DNA from: Octopus sinensis
Taxonomy: Eukaryota
Length of the DNA stretch: 64,000 bases
Assembly: GCF_006345805.1 (NCBI RefSeq)
Contig: NC_043015.1
Coordinates: 35,154,001 to 35,218,000, forward strand
Reading direction: 5' to 3'
The notes below the pieces were generated by a model. It worked only from the letters and a program-made list of their open reading frames with translations, had not been told where the DNA came from and ran no database searches. Below, piece after piece: positions 48,031 through 60,475 of the stretch (position 1 is the stretch's first letter; the number at the start of each line of letters is the position of its first letter). The translations under genes were made by a program, and so were the position numbers.

Positions 48031-50773
48031 TGTAGTTAGTGACTTTAGAATCAGGACTAAGTGGACGCCCAGAGACGACCAACATGGAAAAGAAGGGTCT
48101 GGAAGCTTAAAGATCTTACGAATGGACAAAGATTTAGAGACATATCACTTGAAGCCTTTGACGAAATAGATAAGGATATAGATTCACATAGTGTAGAAGA
48201 CAACTGGAGGTTTCCACAGGACAACCTGCTGAGAGCCACTGACCAGATCTGTGGATGGTGCAAAGTCCCCTCTCGACCCAAAATAACGTGGTGGTGGAAC
48301 AATGTTGTAGGCAGGGCTATTAGAGAAAAGAGACAGGCTTGGAAGGACTGGAAGAATGGTGGTAGCAGAGAATTGTATCAGACTGCCAAAAGAGAAGCTA
48401 GGAGACAGGTTTATTTAGCCAGAGGGGAAGGAGATAAGAAAAAATTTGCCAATGTTCTGCACAGTGAGGACCAAAGACTTGAGGTATTTCGTGTTACAAG
48501 ACACTATTTGAGAGAGAATCGTGATGTGGTAGGAGAGAAATGTGTTCGCATGGATGATCGTACACTTGCACTAAATGAGGATGCAAAGAGAAAGGTTGCT
48601 GAATAAAGAAAATGAATGGGATAAAGAGAGTCTGCCGAATGTCGACCCAACAGAGGGACTAGCTATCCGAGTTGACAGTTCCTTGGTAGTTAAGGCAATT
48701 AGAAGCATGAAAACAGGGAAAGCCCCAGGCCCATCAGGAATTACTGCAGAGATGCTCAAATATCTGGTAGTGTCAGCTATAGCCTAGTCACCCGTATAGT
48801 TAACCAGGTGATACACAAAGGAGTCATACCCAATGACTGGTGTAGCAGCATAATAGTCAACTGCTACAAAGGTAAAGGTGACGCCCTAGATACAAATAAT
48901 TACAGAGGTATCAAGCTGTTGGATCAGGTGATGAAGGTTACGGAGAGGGTCATAGCCCAACTAATTAGAGAGAGAGTTAGTTTAGATGAGATACAGTTTG
49001 GGTTCATGCCAGGTAAAAGTACCACTGATGCTATATTCCTGGTAAGGCAGCTGCAGGAGAAATACCTAGCCAAAGATAAGCCCCTGTACCTGGCTTTTGT
49101 TGACATGGAGAAAGCCTTCGACAGGGTCCCCCGATCTCTTATCTGGTGGTCAATGAGGAAACTAGGGATAGATGAATGGTTAGTGAGAGCTGTGAGAGCC
49201 ATGTACAGGGATGCTACTAGTAAGGTGAGGGTTGGCACCGAGTACAGTGAAGAATTCCGGGTAGAGGTAGGGGTCCACCAAGGTTCAGTCCCCTCCTATT
49301 TATCATAGTCCTCTAGGCAATAACGGAGGATTCAAGACAGAATGCCCCTGGGAGCTCCTCTATGCTGATGACCTTGCTCTAATTGCAGAGTCACTATCAC
49401 AACTGGAGGAGAAGTTTCAGGTGTGGAAGCAAGGATTAGAATCGAAGGGCCTTAGAGTCAACCTAGCTAAAACCAAAGTCCTAATAAGTAGGAAGTTAGA
49501 CAAATCACAAATGCCTTCAGGTAGATGGCCCTGCTCGATCTGTAGAAAAGGCGTAGGTAGAAACTCTATAAGATGCACCAAGTGTAAGCTATGGACACAT
49601 AAGAGGTGCAGCAATGTCAAAGGAAGACTAACTAGGAAGATAGTTTTTGTATGTGGCAGATGCTCAGGAGCAATAAACACTGAAAATGCGCAGAGACCAA
49701 CTTCTGTCACATTCCAGGGAGAAAAACTAGAAATAGTTGATAGCTTCCGTTACCTAGGTGACCAAGTCAGTAGTGGGGGCGGGTGTGCTGAAAGTGTAAT
49801 TGCTAGAGTAAGAATAGCTTGGGCAAAGTTCAGAGAGCTCTTACCTCTGCTGGTGACAAAAGGCCTCTCGCACAGAGTGAAAGGCAGACTGTATGACGCA
49901 TGTGTCCGAACAGCCATGCTACATGGCAGTGAAACATGGGCTGTGACTGCTGAGGATATGCGTAAGCTAGCAAGAAATGAAGCCAGTATGCTGCGATGGA
50001 TGTGTAATGTCAGTGTTCATACTCGACAGAGTATAAGTACCTTGAGAGAAAAGTTGAACCTAAGAAGCATCAGTTGTGGGGTGTAAGAGAGACGTTTGCG
50101 CTGGTATGGGCATGTGGCGAGAATGGATGAAGATAGTTGTGTGAAAAAGTACCACACCCTAGCAGTTGAGAGAACCTATGGAAGAGGCAGACCCAGGAAA
50201 ACCTGGGACGAGGTGGTGAAGCACGACCTTCGAACTTTAGGTCTCACTGAGGAAATGACTAGAGACCGAGACCTCTGGAAGTATGCTGTGCGTGAAAAGA
50301 CCCGGCAGGACAAGTGAGACCATAGCCCATGGCCTCTACCTGGGATGTAGCCAGTCCACTTATGCATACCTTTCCTTCTTGGGACACAAAACTCTACTTG
50401 CGAAGACCTGTTGAGGCAAGTGAAAATCAAAATCAAAATTGATCAACATTAATGGAAATTGTAGCTGTGATACCAGTGCCAGTGGCACGTAAGAGAACCA
50501 TCCAAACGTGGCCATTGCCAGCGCCGCCCCAACTGGCCTCCGTGCTGGTGGCACGTAAAAAGTACCATCCGATCATGGCCATTGCCAGCCTCAACTGGCA
50601 CGTAAAAAGCACCCACTACACTCATGGAGTGGTTGGCGTTAGGAAGGACATCCAGCCGTAGAAACATTGCCAGATCAGACTGGGCTTGGTGCAGCCTTCT
50701 GGCTTCCCAGACCCCAATTGAACTGTCCAATCCATGCTAGCATGGAAAGTGGATGCTAAACGATGATGATGAT
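48031..50773 (+). mobile_element. 5'-truncated RTE-clade LINE, disrupted
   Basis: ORFs 48061..48606, 48575..48787, 48808..49308, 49421..50086 and 50096..50317 are colinear pieces; same 3' UTR subtype as 10647-13449; (GAT)n end. Confidence 0.95.
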
Positions 50774-51109
50774 TCAGCTTCTTATTTAGTTAGGGGCAAC
50801 TGTGCGGCGTTCAACAGGAGACATTTGTCCCCAACTCCTTACCTACGGTCGTATTTCCTACATAAATGTGCATCTATGTATGTATGTATGTATAGATGTA
50901 TGACATGCATTCTGCAATATATTTATACAGGATATATTTCTGTGCCCAGTTTCCAACAACTGTTACCCTACTTCAGCAACACTCTTACTAAAACATCACA
51001 ACACTTTTGCTTTTTCTTTCAGGTTTTAGTATACAATAAATTCATTATTACAAACAAAGTTGCTAATTCTAAAATCTTTATAAGATATGTAAGTAGTAAC
51101 TCTACTGAA

Positions 51110-51393
51110 AAGCAATGGTTGTTACCACCTCAACATGTTTGTTCTGCATAGAACAATGTTGCTATTCTTTTTAACACCAGGAGAACACCTTCTCCAGCTG
51201 GTTAACATCACAATGTTTGTGTCCAATATATTGCATAGGAGCGAACAACTCCCATCTAGCAACGACAAGACTGGTACTGGACACTGATTTTGTGTTGGTA
51301 ACCAGCTTGAGGAGGTGTCCACCTGGGGTTGAAAAGAGTAGTAACATTGTTCTATGCACAACAACCATGTTGAGGCGGTAACAACCATTACTT
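51110..51393. mobile_element. Foldback MITE (about 284 bp, arms about 110 bp)
   Basis: aatggttgttacc(a/g)cctcaacatg(t/g)ttgtt(c/g)tgcatagaacaatgtt(g/a)cta.. is mirrored; explains the twin-like ORFs 51122..51388 and 51171..51398. Confidence 0.85.
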
Positions 51394-51563
51394 ACCAAAT
51401 TCCTTACTCTATTTCACTTTAACTGACAGTCTGTTGTGCACTGAACTAAACCTTTCTGGAATTAAATTTTACCAATATATATCCTGTTTATCTCTACCAT
51501 TTGATATTTTATTTCCAAGAAATTTTCCAGAGCATGTATGTTTTCAAAACTTATAGCACTTAC

Positions 51564-51721
51564 CTTTTATCTAGCTTGCCATCAATAAGGTCTTGAGTTT
51601 GATTAGAACCAGTTTTGGCAGAGAACACTATGAACTCTGAGATGAATTTAGATGGCATATGGATTAACTTATCAGCAATAGTTAGTGTTTTACCAGTCCC
51701 TGTTGGACCTACACAAAGAAC
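51564..51721 (-). CDS. DNAH1: Dynein heavy chain exon (158 nt, phase 0-2) with AAA3 Walker A: VLCVGPTGTGKTLTIADKLIHMPSKFISEFIVFSAKTGSNQTQDLIDGKLDK(R)
   Basis: Acceptor atttcag, donor gtaagt; GPTGTGKT and FSA.T..NQTQD.ID.KLDKR motifs. Confidence 0.96.
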
Positions 51722-52682
51722 CTGAAATACAAAATAACAGAGTACAATGGTTTCATTTTCATTAATCTTCCCACCAGCTTAAACTAGTCTGTTATGAGTT
51801 ATGAGTCTGTATTCATCCTCTGTCTGCCTATCTACCAAGCTATTGCTTCAGGTATCAATGGTCATGTATCCTCAATGCTACTGACAATTTTCTAACCATG
51901 TGCAAGCTTTGCAGTATTGATGCTGGAAAGGTACTAATGGTTCCTTGAATTTCTCTTCAACTATCTGTCACCAATTTACCATTCATTTGAAAAAAATTGC
52001 AATTTCTTATAAGACCAGTATTTGTTATGTGTCCTTATTCTGCTCAACATTTAATGTTCATTTTCCATGTTAGCATGGACTGGATAGTTTGACTGGATCT
52101 GGCAAGCCATAAGACTTTTTCAAGTCCTATTGTAGACTTTGGCATGATTTCTATACCTCGCTGCTCTTCTTAACACCAATCACTTTACAATGTGTACGAG
52201 ATGCATTTTTGCCAGTCACCAGTTCTAGTGAGTTCATCAAGCAACTTGCAAGACAAAAGAAGGGAAAAACCCTTCAACTGAGGGAGTGGGTTGCATTTAA
52301 GTGTTGGGAAGGTGGCTTTGTGCCAGATGTTTGGGAAGCTAAAGTATGACCGAAGGACAATTACAGGTGTCTTGCTAGAAAGCAGAAACACTGCTACCCC
52401 CAACATTATTGGAATGGAAGGGTGAGCTATTCCGTAAGTTTCAGAGGAGAGCAATAGATGGTTAGAGATGGGGACACAGGGAAATAGAGTAGTAAGTGAT
52501 GAGAAAGGTTGCCGGAAAGTACCAGAATGGAAATGGGCACAGAGATGCTGATTGTATTTTATGACTCTAGTGTTCTCATACAGACATTTACACTAAGCTA
52601 ACAGAAGAGTAGGGAATTCAATAAATTTGGGAACATCTGCAGCTCAAAGATCAAAACGATACACAATCATCATCATCATCAT

Positions 52683-53042
52683 TTTGATTGTGGCCATGCT
52701 GGAGCACCGCCTTTAGTCGAGCAAATCGACCCCAGGACTTATTCTTTGTAAGCCTAGTACTTATTCTATCGGTCTCTTTTGCCGAACCGCTAAGTTACAG
52801 GGACGTAAACACACCAGCATCAGTTGTCAAGCGATGTTGGGGGGGGACAAACACACACACACATATATATATACATATATGCGACGGGCTTCTTTCAGTT
52901 TCCATCTACCAAATCCACTCACAAGGCTTTGGTCAGCCCGAAGCTATTGTAGAAGACACTTGCCCAAGGTGCCACGCAGTGGGACTGAACCCGGAACCAT
53001 GTGGTTGGTAAGCAAGAAACTTACCACACAGCTACTCCTGCA
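52683..53042 (-). mobile_element. tRNA-derived CORE-like SINE, bipartite
   Basis: Reverse complement of the 37672-38085 structure. Confidence 0.8.
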
Positions 53043-54129
53043 CCTAAGATTTCTTTTGGCTTTGAATATTCATATGAATTTTTGTGTGTAGAATACAAAT
53101 TCACAAAAATTTTCTGAAAATTCCAAAAAATAAAAAAGCTACGAGGAGTTACATGGTGTGCATAAAGCAGAATTCTGCCAATATTTCATTTGTTTACAAT
53201 TGACAACACATGCACAAAATGACACTTTCAAATCCTATTTTCTGACTGGGTAAAAATGATCAAACTTTAAACCTCTGTAACTGTTTTTAAAAACTTTTCT
53301 GGAAAGAGTGAATTAGCCCCTGAGACTCAGCAAGGAAAATAACATCAATACACCAAATTTTAAAATGTTATTTATTCATGGATGAACAAAAATGTTACAT
53401 CATGCAAAGAAAAAAAATTTTTTCTTTGAGTGAATTAAGAGTAAACTTTAACTCTTAGGAGTCTTCACATACCTAGAACATTATGCAGGTTGACTTTCCT
53501 GTCTAGGTTATAGCTGAAGGAGTACATAAAGATATGTATGCCTCATCGTTTAACATTCCCTTTTCCATGATGGCATGAAAATGAATGGTTCAACATGAAT
53601 GACAAGCCAGAGGACTGTGCCAAGCTCCAATGTCTGCTTTGGCATGGTTGCTACACCTCTTCAGAGAATGTACTGGGAGTTTCATAGCACCAGTACTGGG
53701 GAGGTCACCAAGTCCCTTCAAGACAAGACCTCTCAACTGAGTGAGAAATAATATTGATGAATATAAAAATATGAAAGAGGACAGAAGCAAGTGTCTTGCT
53801 GAAGATGTGAGCACTTAACTTCCTTATCTGGAAAGAAAGAATGAGGGAGGGAGGGAGAGATGGGATAGAGAGGGGTAGGTGAGAGAGAGAGAGAGAGAGA
53901 TGTGAAATTTCACTACAAGGTGAATGTGAGAGAAAAAAAAAACAGGATAGATCAGAAAAGATGGGTGGGCAGGTGAATGCAGATGAAAATAGTGTGACAG
54001 ATAATTAGAGCAAGGGATTGAGATAAATGCAGTGAATATCAGTTTGAGGGAGAGTAAATGAAGAAAAGGCATTAGCATTTGGTCAGAGAAGAGGTGGTGA
54101 AAAGGGTCAATAATAGGGATACAATACAA

Positions 54130-55730
54130 AGTGTAGGGGGCAAGTGGCATCATTTACAGTAGCTAAATAAGTCCTACCATACTAACGCAGTCTTTTCTTC
54201 TGCACACCATATCGGTTTCCCATGTACTCTTAGTGTTTATTACATCCAAGAATCTGCCACAAACAAAGTCTGCACTGCACCTTCTTTCATGTGTCCATAG
54301 TTTACACTGAGTACAGCATGTGGAATTTCTGCTAGCATCTTTTTTACATATTGAACAGAACCATTTACTCAAAGGGATTAGCATCCTGTTTGTTTTCCGA
54401 ATAACTAGAACTTAGGTATTTGCAAAGTTAGCTTTCAGGGCCTTTAATTTGAGGTTTTGCTTCCACATGTGGAATTTCATTACTAGTTCTACTACAGTTT
54501 CCACAGTAAGAACAAGGTCATTAACAGAGAGGAGTTCCCATGGGCAACTAGTCTTAAATTTGTCAGTTATGACCTGAGGTACTATGATATGTAAGCAACA
54601 TTTGATAACCAGACTCTGCACACTAAATTCATCATTCTATTCATTCTCTCTTTAATTCACTTTATAGTCAGTATCCCTGTATGTGGTTCAAATGGCTCTC
54701 ACCAGCCATTCATCTATTCCTAGCTCCCCCAGTGACAACCAGATGAGGAAGCAAGGCACCCTATCACAAGCTTTCTCCAGATTGACATATACCAAATACA
54801 GTGGTTAACTTTTAGCTAAATACTTCTGAAGTTGCTGTACTATGAAGAGAGCATTAGTAACACCTTTTCCTAGCACAAAACCAAACTGCATTCCATCTTG
54901 GTTAACTTTCTTCCTAAGTGAGCTATTACGACATTTCCCCTGACTTTCATAAACTGCTCCAGTAATCTGATACCACAAAAATTTTTTCTAAGGCATCTCC
55001 TTTATTCCTGTAACAGTTCACTATGATGCTGTCATTGGGTATGCCACCTTCCTGTAGAACCTGATTTACTATACAGATGACTGTGCAATACCCCAGTCTA
55101 TCATCATCATCATCATCGTTTAACGTCCGTTTTCCATGCTAGCATGGGTTGGACGGTTCGACCAGGGTCTGGGAAGCCAGGAGGCTGCACCAGGCTCCAG
55201 TCTGGTCTGGTAGTGTTTCTATAGCTGGGTGCCCTTCCTAACGCCAACCACTCCATGAGTGTAGTGGGTGCTTTTTATGTGCCAGGGGAGGCTGGCAGCA
55301 GCCACGATTGGTTGGTGATTTTTACATACCACTGGCACAGAAGCCAGTCAAGGTGACACTGGCTTTGGCCACATTCAGATGGTCCTTTTTACGTGCCGCC
55401 AGCACAGGTATCGTAACTACAATTTCCTTTTGATATTTATTTTGATGTTGATGTTTTAAGCATCTCAGCAGAAATTCCTGGTGGACTTGGAACCTTTCTT
55501 GTCTTCATATTCTCAATTGTTTTATCTACAACACTGCTGTAAACAAAAATGGCTGGACCCTCTGTCAGGTTTACATTAGGAAGATTCTCTTTCTCCAATT
55601 CATTCTCCATGTATAGTAGCCTTTCTTAATAGCACTTGCTCATCTCTTTCTTTTCAGAATCACTCAGTGCAAGTCTACCATTATCTTTCTGTAAACACTT
55701 CTTACCCACAATATTTTCAACTGCTTTCTG
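54130..55730 (-). mobile_element. Old RTE LINE (linker, RT, PHD-like remnant) interrupted by a younger RTE tail at about 55100-55452
   Basis: Fragments EN..EKE.LPNV..TEGPA, MKT.K.P.P.GISAEMLK, CPWELL...DLVL, WFCSICKK...CTQCKLWTH. Confidence 0.7.
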
Positions 55731-56267
55731 ATACACTGAGATGATGATAATGTTATATACTAGTGTCAGAAAGGACAACTAGCTTTGAAACAATACCTCA
55801 AATAAGGTATTCATCCAGCTTGTGAAAATATAGAAAGACAAATGTAAAATGAATAAACAAATGATTATACTGACCAGGTGATGTGTGATGGAATACTTTG
55901 ATGCTTAAAATCATATTATTACAAAATAATAAAAATGCAAATACAAGTATAATAAGTGAGTGTTTTAATGATTGCAATGACTCTTCTTGGATGCAACCGT
56001 TTTCCTCTCAAAAAATAAATTAAACTCAAGAATAAATTTTTCTGAATGAAAATATTTCTTGTGTAAATTAGTAACATTTCTTTGAAGTTTATCTGCAAGC
56101 TGTTCTCTGTCACAATGGAAGAAGTTAAGGTTGTGAAGCACAGAGTTTCAGTTTATATTCTTCCAAATACATTATCTAAGAGAAAATTCATGATCTTAAA
56201 TCAATGTCATAAATTTTTTAAAAATTATCATTAAGCTTTTTCAATGGTATGAAGCAATATGACTAAC

Positions 56268-56408
56268 CGTTTTGTTATTCTTCAGAAGCATATCTAATAT
56301 AAATGAATTTCTAATAGTGTCTATGGTTGGTACAATGATGTCTGCAAACTTGGCATCAACTGGTGTAGTAAAAATTGGTTGACCTTGGCTCCAGTGGACA
56401 TATTTTAT
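56268..56408 (-). CDS. DNAH1: Dynein heavy chain exon (141 nt, phase 0-0): IKYVHWSQGQPIFTTPVDAKFADIIVPTIDTIRNSFILDMLLKNNKT
   Basis: Acceptor tttatag, donor gttagt; conserved IIVPT.DT motif upstream of the AAA3 P-loop. Confidence 0.92.
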
Positions 56409-56506
56409 CTATAAATTTGAAAAAGTCAAATATAGTTAACATTGAAAAACAAAGTAATAGAATGTATGTATGTATGTGTGTATCCTCCAGCAGGATACTC
56501 TTCTTA

Positions 56507-57040
56507 TAGATGTTTTCAATCTAGTTTGGATTCTTTAAAATCAAATTTGAATTTTTCAATTGGTGTTCAAGCCTTGAAAAAAAAAAAAAAAAGAGTTAAA
56601 CTACATCAGCCGTAAGGGAATACATGTCTATCTTATCTAACTCGTCCAGTAGAGCCCACCAATTGATATCTGAAAAGTTCGATGAAATAACTCATGAACA
56701 CTGCGATAGCTTCTACCAAAAGATGCTCCGTTATGTCGACCAGTCTGAACAAGGGGAGATAATAGAAAAAGAATCATTTGTTTATGATCTTCCCTTGTTC
56801 AGACTGGTCGACGACATAACTATGTTGCATCTTTTGGTAGAAGCTATCGCAGTGTTCATGAGTTATTTCATCGAACTTTTCAGATATCAATTGGTGGGCT
56901 ATACTGGACGAGTTAGATAAGATAGACATGTATTCCCTTACTGCTGATGTAGTTTAACTCTTTTTTTTTTCAAGGCTTGAGCACCAATTGAAAAATTCAA
57001 ATTTGATTGCAAAGAATTCAAATTAGATCGAAAACATCTA
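56507..57040. mobile_element. Long palindromic MITE copy 1 (534 bp, TA-flanked)
   Basis: TA|TAGATGTTTTC...GAAAACATCTA|TA; arms of roughly 250 bp around a loop of about 26 nt; near-identical to 62716-63266. Confidence 0.92.
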
Positions 57041-57592
57041 TAAAAAGAGTATCCTGTTGGAGGAACCAAGACAATAATTGAATGCATAAGCAAGACAAAA
57101 CGTGGTCTGATAATTCATTTAGAAAAGCAGTAACACTGGTTAAGAATTGACCATCTCTAACTATTAACATCTATTGCCAAACCCAACAACAACAAGCACC
57201 CTTCAAAATGCCACCCATGCTACCCCTTTCACTTATCTCCCTACCCTTCACATCTACTTATAGTTCTCTTAATACTCTGAACACTCACCCTTCCATCTTC
57301 CTGATCTGACTATCTTATCTCTTCTTGCCCTTCCTTGCTTCAATACTCCTCACAATCCCATCAACCTAACTACTTGTATTGGAGCTTCTGGCATGAACAC
57401 CAATCAGTACAGCATGTCGTTTCCAAATTTCTGGCAGAGTGAATTGTGTCATGGTGCTGTTTTTCTCACAGATGGTGCCCAACTGACCATACGATACTGT
57501 GCAGCCAACAAAATCAAAAACAAGAAATGTCCATGCACAAAATTAAAAATATAAAATGGTGACAATTTACCCATTGTACTGTATATATATAT

Positions 57593-58320
57593 ATCATCAT
57601 CGTCATTTAATGTATGCTTTCCATGCTGGCATGGGTTGGACGGTTTGACTGTGGACAGGAAAGCTAGAATGCTGCACTAGGCTCCAATCTGACCTGGAAA
57701 AGTTTCTACAGTAGGCAGCCCTTCCTAACGCCAACCACTCTGAGATTGTAGTGGGTGCTTTTATGTGCCACCAGCAAGAGGGCCAGTCAAGCGGTACTGG
57801 CAATGACCACGCTCAAAGGGTGTTTTTTATGTCCCACCTGCACAGGACCCAGTCTGGCAGCACTGGTAATGACCACGCTCAAAATGTTGTTTTTCACATT
57901 CCACTGGCACATGTGCCAGTAAAGCGACGCTGGCAACCATCACACTCGAATGGTGCTTTTTACATGCCACCTGCACGTGAGCCGCCCTGGCAATGATCAT
58001 GTCGGATGGCGCTTTTAACGTTCCACTGCCACAAGCTCCGATCAGGAGATACTGTCATTGGCCACGTCAGCAATTTTGATTTCACTTGCCTCAACAGGTC
58101 TTTGCAAGCAAAGTTTATTGTCCAATGAATGAAGGGTACTCTTAAATGGGTTGGTTATACACCACTAGCATAGGCCATGGGTTATGGTCTCATTTGTCTT
58201 GTCAAGTGTTCTCAAGCACAGCATATCTCTAAAGGTCTTGGTCGCTAGTCAGTGCCTCGGTGAGGCCCAATGTTTGAAGATCGTGCTTCACCATCTCATC
58301 CCAGGTCGTCCTTGTCCACA
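57593..58320 (-). mobile_element. RTE 3' end (last codons, 3' UTR, repeats, tail)
   Basis: Reverse complement of ggacgacctgggatgagatggtgaagcacgatcttc...gacctgttgaggcaagtgaaatc and the shared tail. Confidence 0.85.
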
Positions 58321-58466
58321 CACATACATATACACGTCAATTAGAGATTATATTAACCTCATGAAGGTTTGGTTTCATCCAAGGAGATACTGGTTTAATA
58401 CCTAGTATTTTGGGGAAATTAATTTCCTTAAAATAATAAGGTATATATTTAAAAACATATAGTTTA

Positions 58467-59387
58467 TCTCTCTCTATATAAAAGGCAGGTTGTCTGTCTG
58501 TGTGTCTGTCAGGTTGTACCCTCACCCTGACCACGGCTTTCAACCGATTCTGATGAAACTTGACACACACATAGCCCAATGTCATAATTCAAAACTAACA
58601 AAGCGAAAATTTTGAAAAGTTCCCCCAGTTCTGAAAAAAAATCGATAAATTCGACATTTTCTGTTGTAGTTTTCGCAACTTGCAATCGATTTTCACCAAA
58701 CTCATGGTGAAACTTAATGTTACCCTAAGAAATTTAATTCTGATGTTAGTTTTCCATGCACTACCTTACCATCAGAAAAAATCGATAAAATCATGCCATT
58801 TTGGGAAATCGTGTTCAAATTCAAGATGACATATTTTCGACAATATCTTTAACAAATTGGCAGGAATTTTTTTTTAAATTCACAGCAAGCATCATGCCTG
58901 CTCCAAGGAGCTATATGGCCCTTTTTATTCCAATAGGATACTTTATTACTGGAAAAAATCGGTTAATTAAATCATATGTGGCACACATAGCAAACCGATT
59001 TGTGTATTAAACACAAACCACAGACTGTATAGGGGACACAACTCAACCTTCTTTAACTCTCTTACTCCCCCAAATAACTATCAAACAGCTATCGATAATT
59101 CAACCCACAGGAGGAAATCTAGACTTAATCTTCAAGGTATCCCACATACAAACCAAAAATTACATCGAAACCTCCAGACTAACCTAAGTTTTGATGAACC
59201 AATTCCTACCAGGAAGAAATTACATTCAAGACTTTACCCCCGACACTGCCACTTCAAGCAGTCAACAAGACAAAACATAACCAGACAACATAACCTTGGT
59301 ATACTTCTGCTAATCGCTGCTGCAGCCGCCAGTCGTTGCCTACTAGGGGCTCTTACATACCCGGGCAACGCCGGGCTATGCTGCTAG
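58467..59387 (+). mobile_element. Non-autonomous Helitron (921 bp)
   Basis: A|TCTCTCTCTATATAAAAGG start; hairpin cccgggcaacgccggg (59360-59375) and CTAG|T. Confidence 0.85.
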
Positions 59388-59414
59388 TATTCATATAAAA
59401 CAAGAAAAAGTATA

Positions 59415-60053
59415 TGGAGATTGGTTAATAACTTTATTATTAACAACAAACTAATCCTTATTCCTTACAGCTGTTTCAATCAATACTCAGTAAATATTAA
59501 GTAAAAATTTAATTTATAAGACCTGAGCCTAATATCTTCAGAAGGAAAAAAAAATCTCCATAAATGTTTTATGTGTATTCATGGAGAGCAGTCTGTTATA
59601 ATGAATCCATAAACAAATACAGAACATCCCAGGGTATTACAGTTCTATATGGGCATATGGCATAGTGGTTAAGAGTGCAGGCTACTAACCCCAAGATTCC
59701 GAGTTTGATTCCAAGCAGCGACTTGAACAACAATAATAATAATAATAATAACATTGAAAAATACCTTAGGAATGAGAACCCAGATTCAAAATTTCCCCAA
59801 GACACCTGAAGAAGGCTGGAGGGTTATATCAGCCAAAACGTTGTGTTAACAATAAACAAGATGAGGACAAATATCCATCGAATGTAAATAACATATCCAA
59901 GGGTATATTGTTTTTCCCTCTAAAAATATTATACTCAGGTCATATAACTTACATATTTACTTAATATTTACTGAGTATTAATTAAAATAGCTGTAAGGGA
60001 TGATGATTAATTTGTTGTTTGATAATAAGCAGTTATTAACTTTCAAATCTCCA
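59415..60053. repeat. Imperfect inverted repeat (arms about 59415-59556 and 59911-60053) enclosing the hammerhead SINE
   Basis: Perfect 24-nt core aatactcagtaaatattaagtaaa (59482-59505) versus its reverse complement (59956-59979); similarity extends along both arms. Confidence 0.85.
59651..59892 (+). mobile_element. tRNA-headed SINE with (AAT)n linker and Penelope-type tail carrying a minimal hammerhead ribozyme motif (59801-59847)
   Basis: A-box TGGCATAGTGG (59658-59668), B-box-like GTTTGATTCC (59703-59712); gacac-CTGAAGA-a-GGCTG..CAGCC-aAAA-CG-TT-gtgtt; AATAAA follows. Confidence 0.75.
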
Positions 60054-60139
60054 CTTTTTTTCTCTTCTTTTATATATATATGTATAAGTGTGTATGTGGT
60101 TGTGTGTGTGTACGTGTATGTGTGTATAACATATACATA

Positions 60140-60475
60140 ACATCATCATTATCATCATTTAACGTCCATTTTCCATGCTGGCATGGGTTGGACAGTTTGA
60201 CAGAAAAACTGGTCAGCTGAGGAGCTGCACCAGTTTCCAATCTGATTCGGCACGCCAACCATTCCAAGAGTGTAGTGGATGCTTTTCACATGCCACCAGT
60301 TTATGTGCCAGTTATGTAACACTGGCACTGGCCATGACTATGATCTCTCTTGGCTTGACAGTTCTTCTCAAGCATGAGGCCCAACATTTGAAGGGTACTT
60401 TTTACATGCCACCAGCATGGGTACCAGTTACTCAACACTGGCATCAGTCATGACTACGGTTTCACTTAGTTCAAT
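60140..60475 (-). mobile_element. Diverged RTE 3'-tail fragment
   Basis: (CAT)n-ttaacgtccattttccatgctggcatgggttggacag...gccaaccattccaagagtgtagtgg. Confidence 0.7.

Noticed and set aside
56624-56920. 98-aa ORF duplicated at 62850..63137 that looks like a small paralogous gene pair
   Set aside because: Both lie wholly inside the palindromic TA-flanked MITE, read across its symmetry axis, and show no recognisable domain.
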